From Chiloscyllium plagiosum (taxonomy: Eukaryota): DNA of 38,616 bases. Below the pieces are notes generated by a model. The model was not told the DNA's origin, did no database searches, and saw nothing but the letters and a program-made list of their open reading frames with translations. A program made the position numbers and the translations under genes. Shown here in pieces: positions 36,491 to 38,616 of the stretch (the stretch's first letter is position 1; the number at the start of each line of letters is the position of its first letter). The stretch lies in contig NC_057718.1 of the NCBI RefSeq assembly GCF_004010195.1, positions 29,537,206 to 29,575,821 of the forward strand, given 5' to 3'.

Positions 36491-37495
36491 TTAAAAGGAT
36501 GCGACTGCACTAGCGAGAATGCAGAGGTCTACCATGATGTTGTCTGAAGTGGAACATTTCAACTATGAAGAGGGAGTAGTTAGGTCAGTATTGTTTTTTT
36601 TTTGCTTACAGCAGAGAAGACTGAGGGGAGATACAGGCATAAAATTTAAATAGTATTTAAATGATAATTGGAAATGCCATATCATACAAGGCTATAGGTC
36701 AAATGGTGGAAAATGGGACATATAAGCAGATGCCCGAAGACAGATGTGGGCACAGTGAGCCAACGGGCCTCTTTTTGACCTGTTAAACTCTACTACCTGA
36801 AAGGAGAAACAACATTTATGTGGGAATACCAATGTCAGTATAAGTTTCTTTCCAAGCCATGAACTACCCCAACTTGGAACTTTACCATTGATCCTCCACT
36901 ATTACTGGTCAGAATCCTAGAATTCCTTACCTATCAGCAGCTTGTTGATGTACCTGGACCACTTGGATTGCAGCAAATTAAAATACAACACATCACCACC
37001 TTCTCAAGGAAGGCTAGAGGAGAGCAATAGATTCAGGACTTACCAGAAATGCTTATATCCCATGAACATAATTTATTGGAATCACACTCAGTTTTCAACT
37101 GAATTAACCAAAAGTCCCAGTCACTTAGTCACTAGAAGGCGGCATTCAATTCAAACGATTGTATTTAGGTCAATGCATTTAATCAGCTTTTGAAACTACT
37201 CATAGCCCACATGGGACTCATCCAAGTATGTAAATTACAGCTCAATATCAAGACAAAAATAACAGAATTAGCAGAGAAAACTATGTATTAAACAGCAATT
37301 GGGGATTATCATGTAAGCCTTAAAATATTCAGAGGGGAAAAGCAAAATATTTTATACATTTTTTTCAAAATTATCTCAAAGTTCATATTTCAATAATGAC
37401 AAACAGGTAATAAAGCGTTGTGTAAATATAATACAAATTTTGATCAATTAGAAACCAATTTTTAAAAAGTGCTCCAAATATAACAAATGACAAAC

Positions 37496-37698
37496 CTGTT
37501 CGACAAACGTCATGAAAAATCTTCAACAACAAGGTTTTTGTGATGCGACCTGTTCTCCGTACAGATGAGTCCAACTTGTTCAAGGCCCAGTCAAACTGCA
37601 TGGATTGTTTAGCTCGAACTGCTGTGATCCCCTCATCTTTAGGAGGTGCCTTCTGCTCTGTGGCTACAGCACACAAGTGCACATTGCTGTTCAGATAT
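37496..37698 (-). CDS. LRPPRC: LRPPRC coding exon (exon 2 equivalent), 203 nt
   Basis: ttttgcag|A..ACAG|gtttgt; translates YLNSNVHLCAVATEQK...QFDWALNKLDSSVRRTGRITKTLLLKIFHDVCRT, the LRPPRC N-terminal motif; phase 2 in, phase 1 out. Confidence 0.95.
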
Positions 37699-38034
37699 CT
37701 GCAAAAACTAAAAATAATAAATTGATTGAAACAGTTGCACACTCTTACACAAGTCACCTTTAATATTGACAAACATGTTCTTGTTACAGAGATTCTCTTA
37801 ACTCACTGATAAACTGGAACAGTAAATTGAGGGCACACAAGCAACAATGGAGATGAACAATCAAGCAACAAATATGAACTTGTGTTAGCTGGCTTAAGTT
37901 GAGCAATTAAAAATCATACAATCATTACTCCAAAGAATGATGGCAATTCCTGTTGCACCGAGAGATTCACATTTGATCCCTCACTAGAAACAAGTGAGCT
38001 AATGTCAGATTAACAATGGACACCTGGGGGGATC

Positions 38035-38046
38035 CAAGATGGCGGC
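38035..38046 (+). promoter_or_regulatory. YY1-type motif at the L1 5' end
   Basis: CAAGATGGCGGC, 9 nt inside the element start. Confidence 0.65.
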
Positions 38047-38209
38047 GACCCAGTAAGATTGAGTCTATAGTGCTCCTCCCAAGACTTGAGCACAGTGGGT
38101 CACCTACCCCCTACCAAGCTCACCAAATCATTTATAAATCATTTTTAATAGTTTAGTAACTCAATTAGTTGTGTAACATTACATTTAAGCAACTTTATCC
38201 TAAGTTAAA

Positions 38210-38616
38210 ATGACTAAAGGGAAGGGAGCCCGCAGCTCTCAGCAAGCAGGAACCCCTCCCCCACACTCTCCAGCTGCAGCAGAGGCGTCCACAGCCGCCC
38301 CGGGGGACTTACCTACAGTAGCAAGCCTTGCAGAAATGATTTCCAAGCTTGACTCGAAGATCGATGCCTTTATCGTCGAATCCAGAAATCGTTGGGAGTC
38401 GCTCTCGGCCGCGCTGCAGAAGCACGACCGTGAAATTGAAGAAATTCAACGCCGAGTCGGAGAGGCGGAGCTAAAGGCCGCGACCTCAGAGACAACCGCT
38501 CAATCGGCCGTGGATCAAGTCCGGACTCTCGAGCAGCGAGTCCAGACCTTGGAAAATCATATTGACGACCTCGATAATCAAGGTCGCCGAAAAAATATTC
38601 ATTTGCTGGGCCTTCC
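38210..38616 (+). CDS. L1 ORF1p N-terminus and coiled coil (partial)
   Basis: MTKGKGARSSQQ...LEQRVQTLENHIDDLDNQGRRKNIHLLGL, matching the L1 ORF1 DLENRSRRNNIRIIGL motif; no stops. Confidence 0.9.
   Translation, partial: MTKGKGARSSQQAGTPPPHSPAAAEASTAAPGDLPTVASLAEMISKLDSKIDAFIVESRNRWESLSAALQKHDREIEEIQRRVGEAELKAATSETTAQSAVDQVRTLEQRVQTLENHIDDLDNQGRRKNIHLLGL

Larger units (their letters stand above)
38026..38616 (+). mobile_element. 5' end of an L1-clade LINE in LRPPRC intron 1 (runs off window)
   Basis: Starts GGGGGGATCCAAGATGGCGGC; 184-nt 5'UTR; open ORF1. Confidence 0.9.

Overview
Vertebrate (elasmobranch/shark-like, judged from the repeat families) genomic DNA. The backbone is ten coding exons (equivalent to exons 2-11) of LRPPRC on the minus strand. 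All phases join in frame, and one donor is a non-canonical GC. The introns are full of CR1-type LINE fragments, older LINE RT remnants, tRNA-derived SINEs, Deu-type SINEs, a solo LTR, the intact 5' end of an L1, and several Penelope-like (PLE) fold-back elements carrying minimal hammerhead ribozymes. The most notable structure is in LRPPRC intron 9: a 3.4-kb insertion (4288-7679) bounded by a perfect 15-bp target-site duplication that splits an old LINE. It starts with a PLE terminus (160-bp perfect inverted repeat, hammerheads), ends with a GC-rich PLE-like fragment, and carries foreign genomic DNA including an intact exon resembling TSPEAR on the plus strand. This looks like a PLE-mediated exon transduction. 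Gene and family names come from my recall of the sequences, not from database searches; boundaries of old repeats are approximate.
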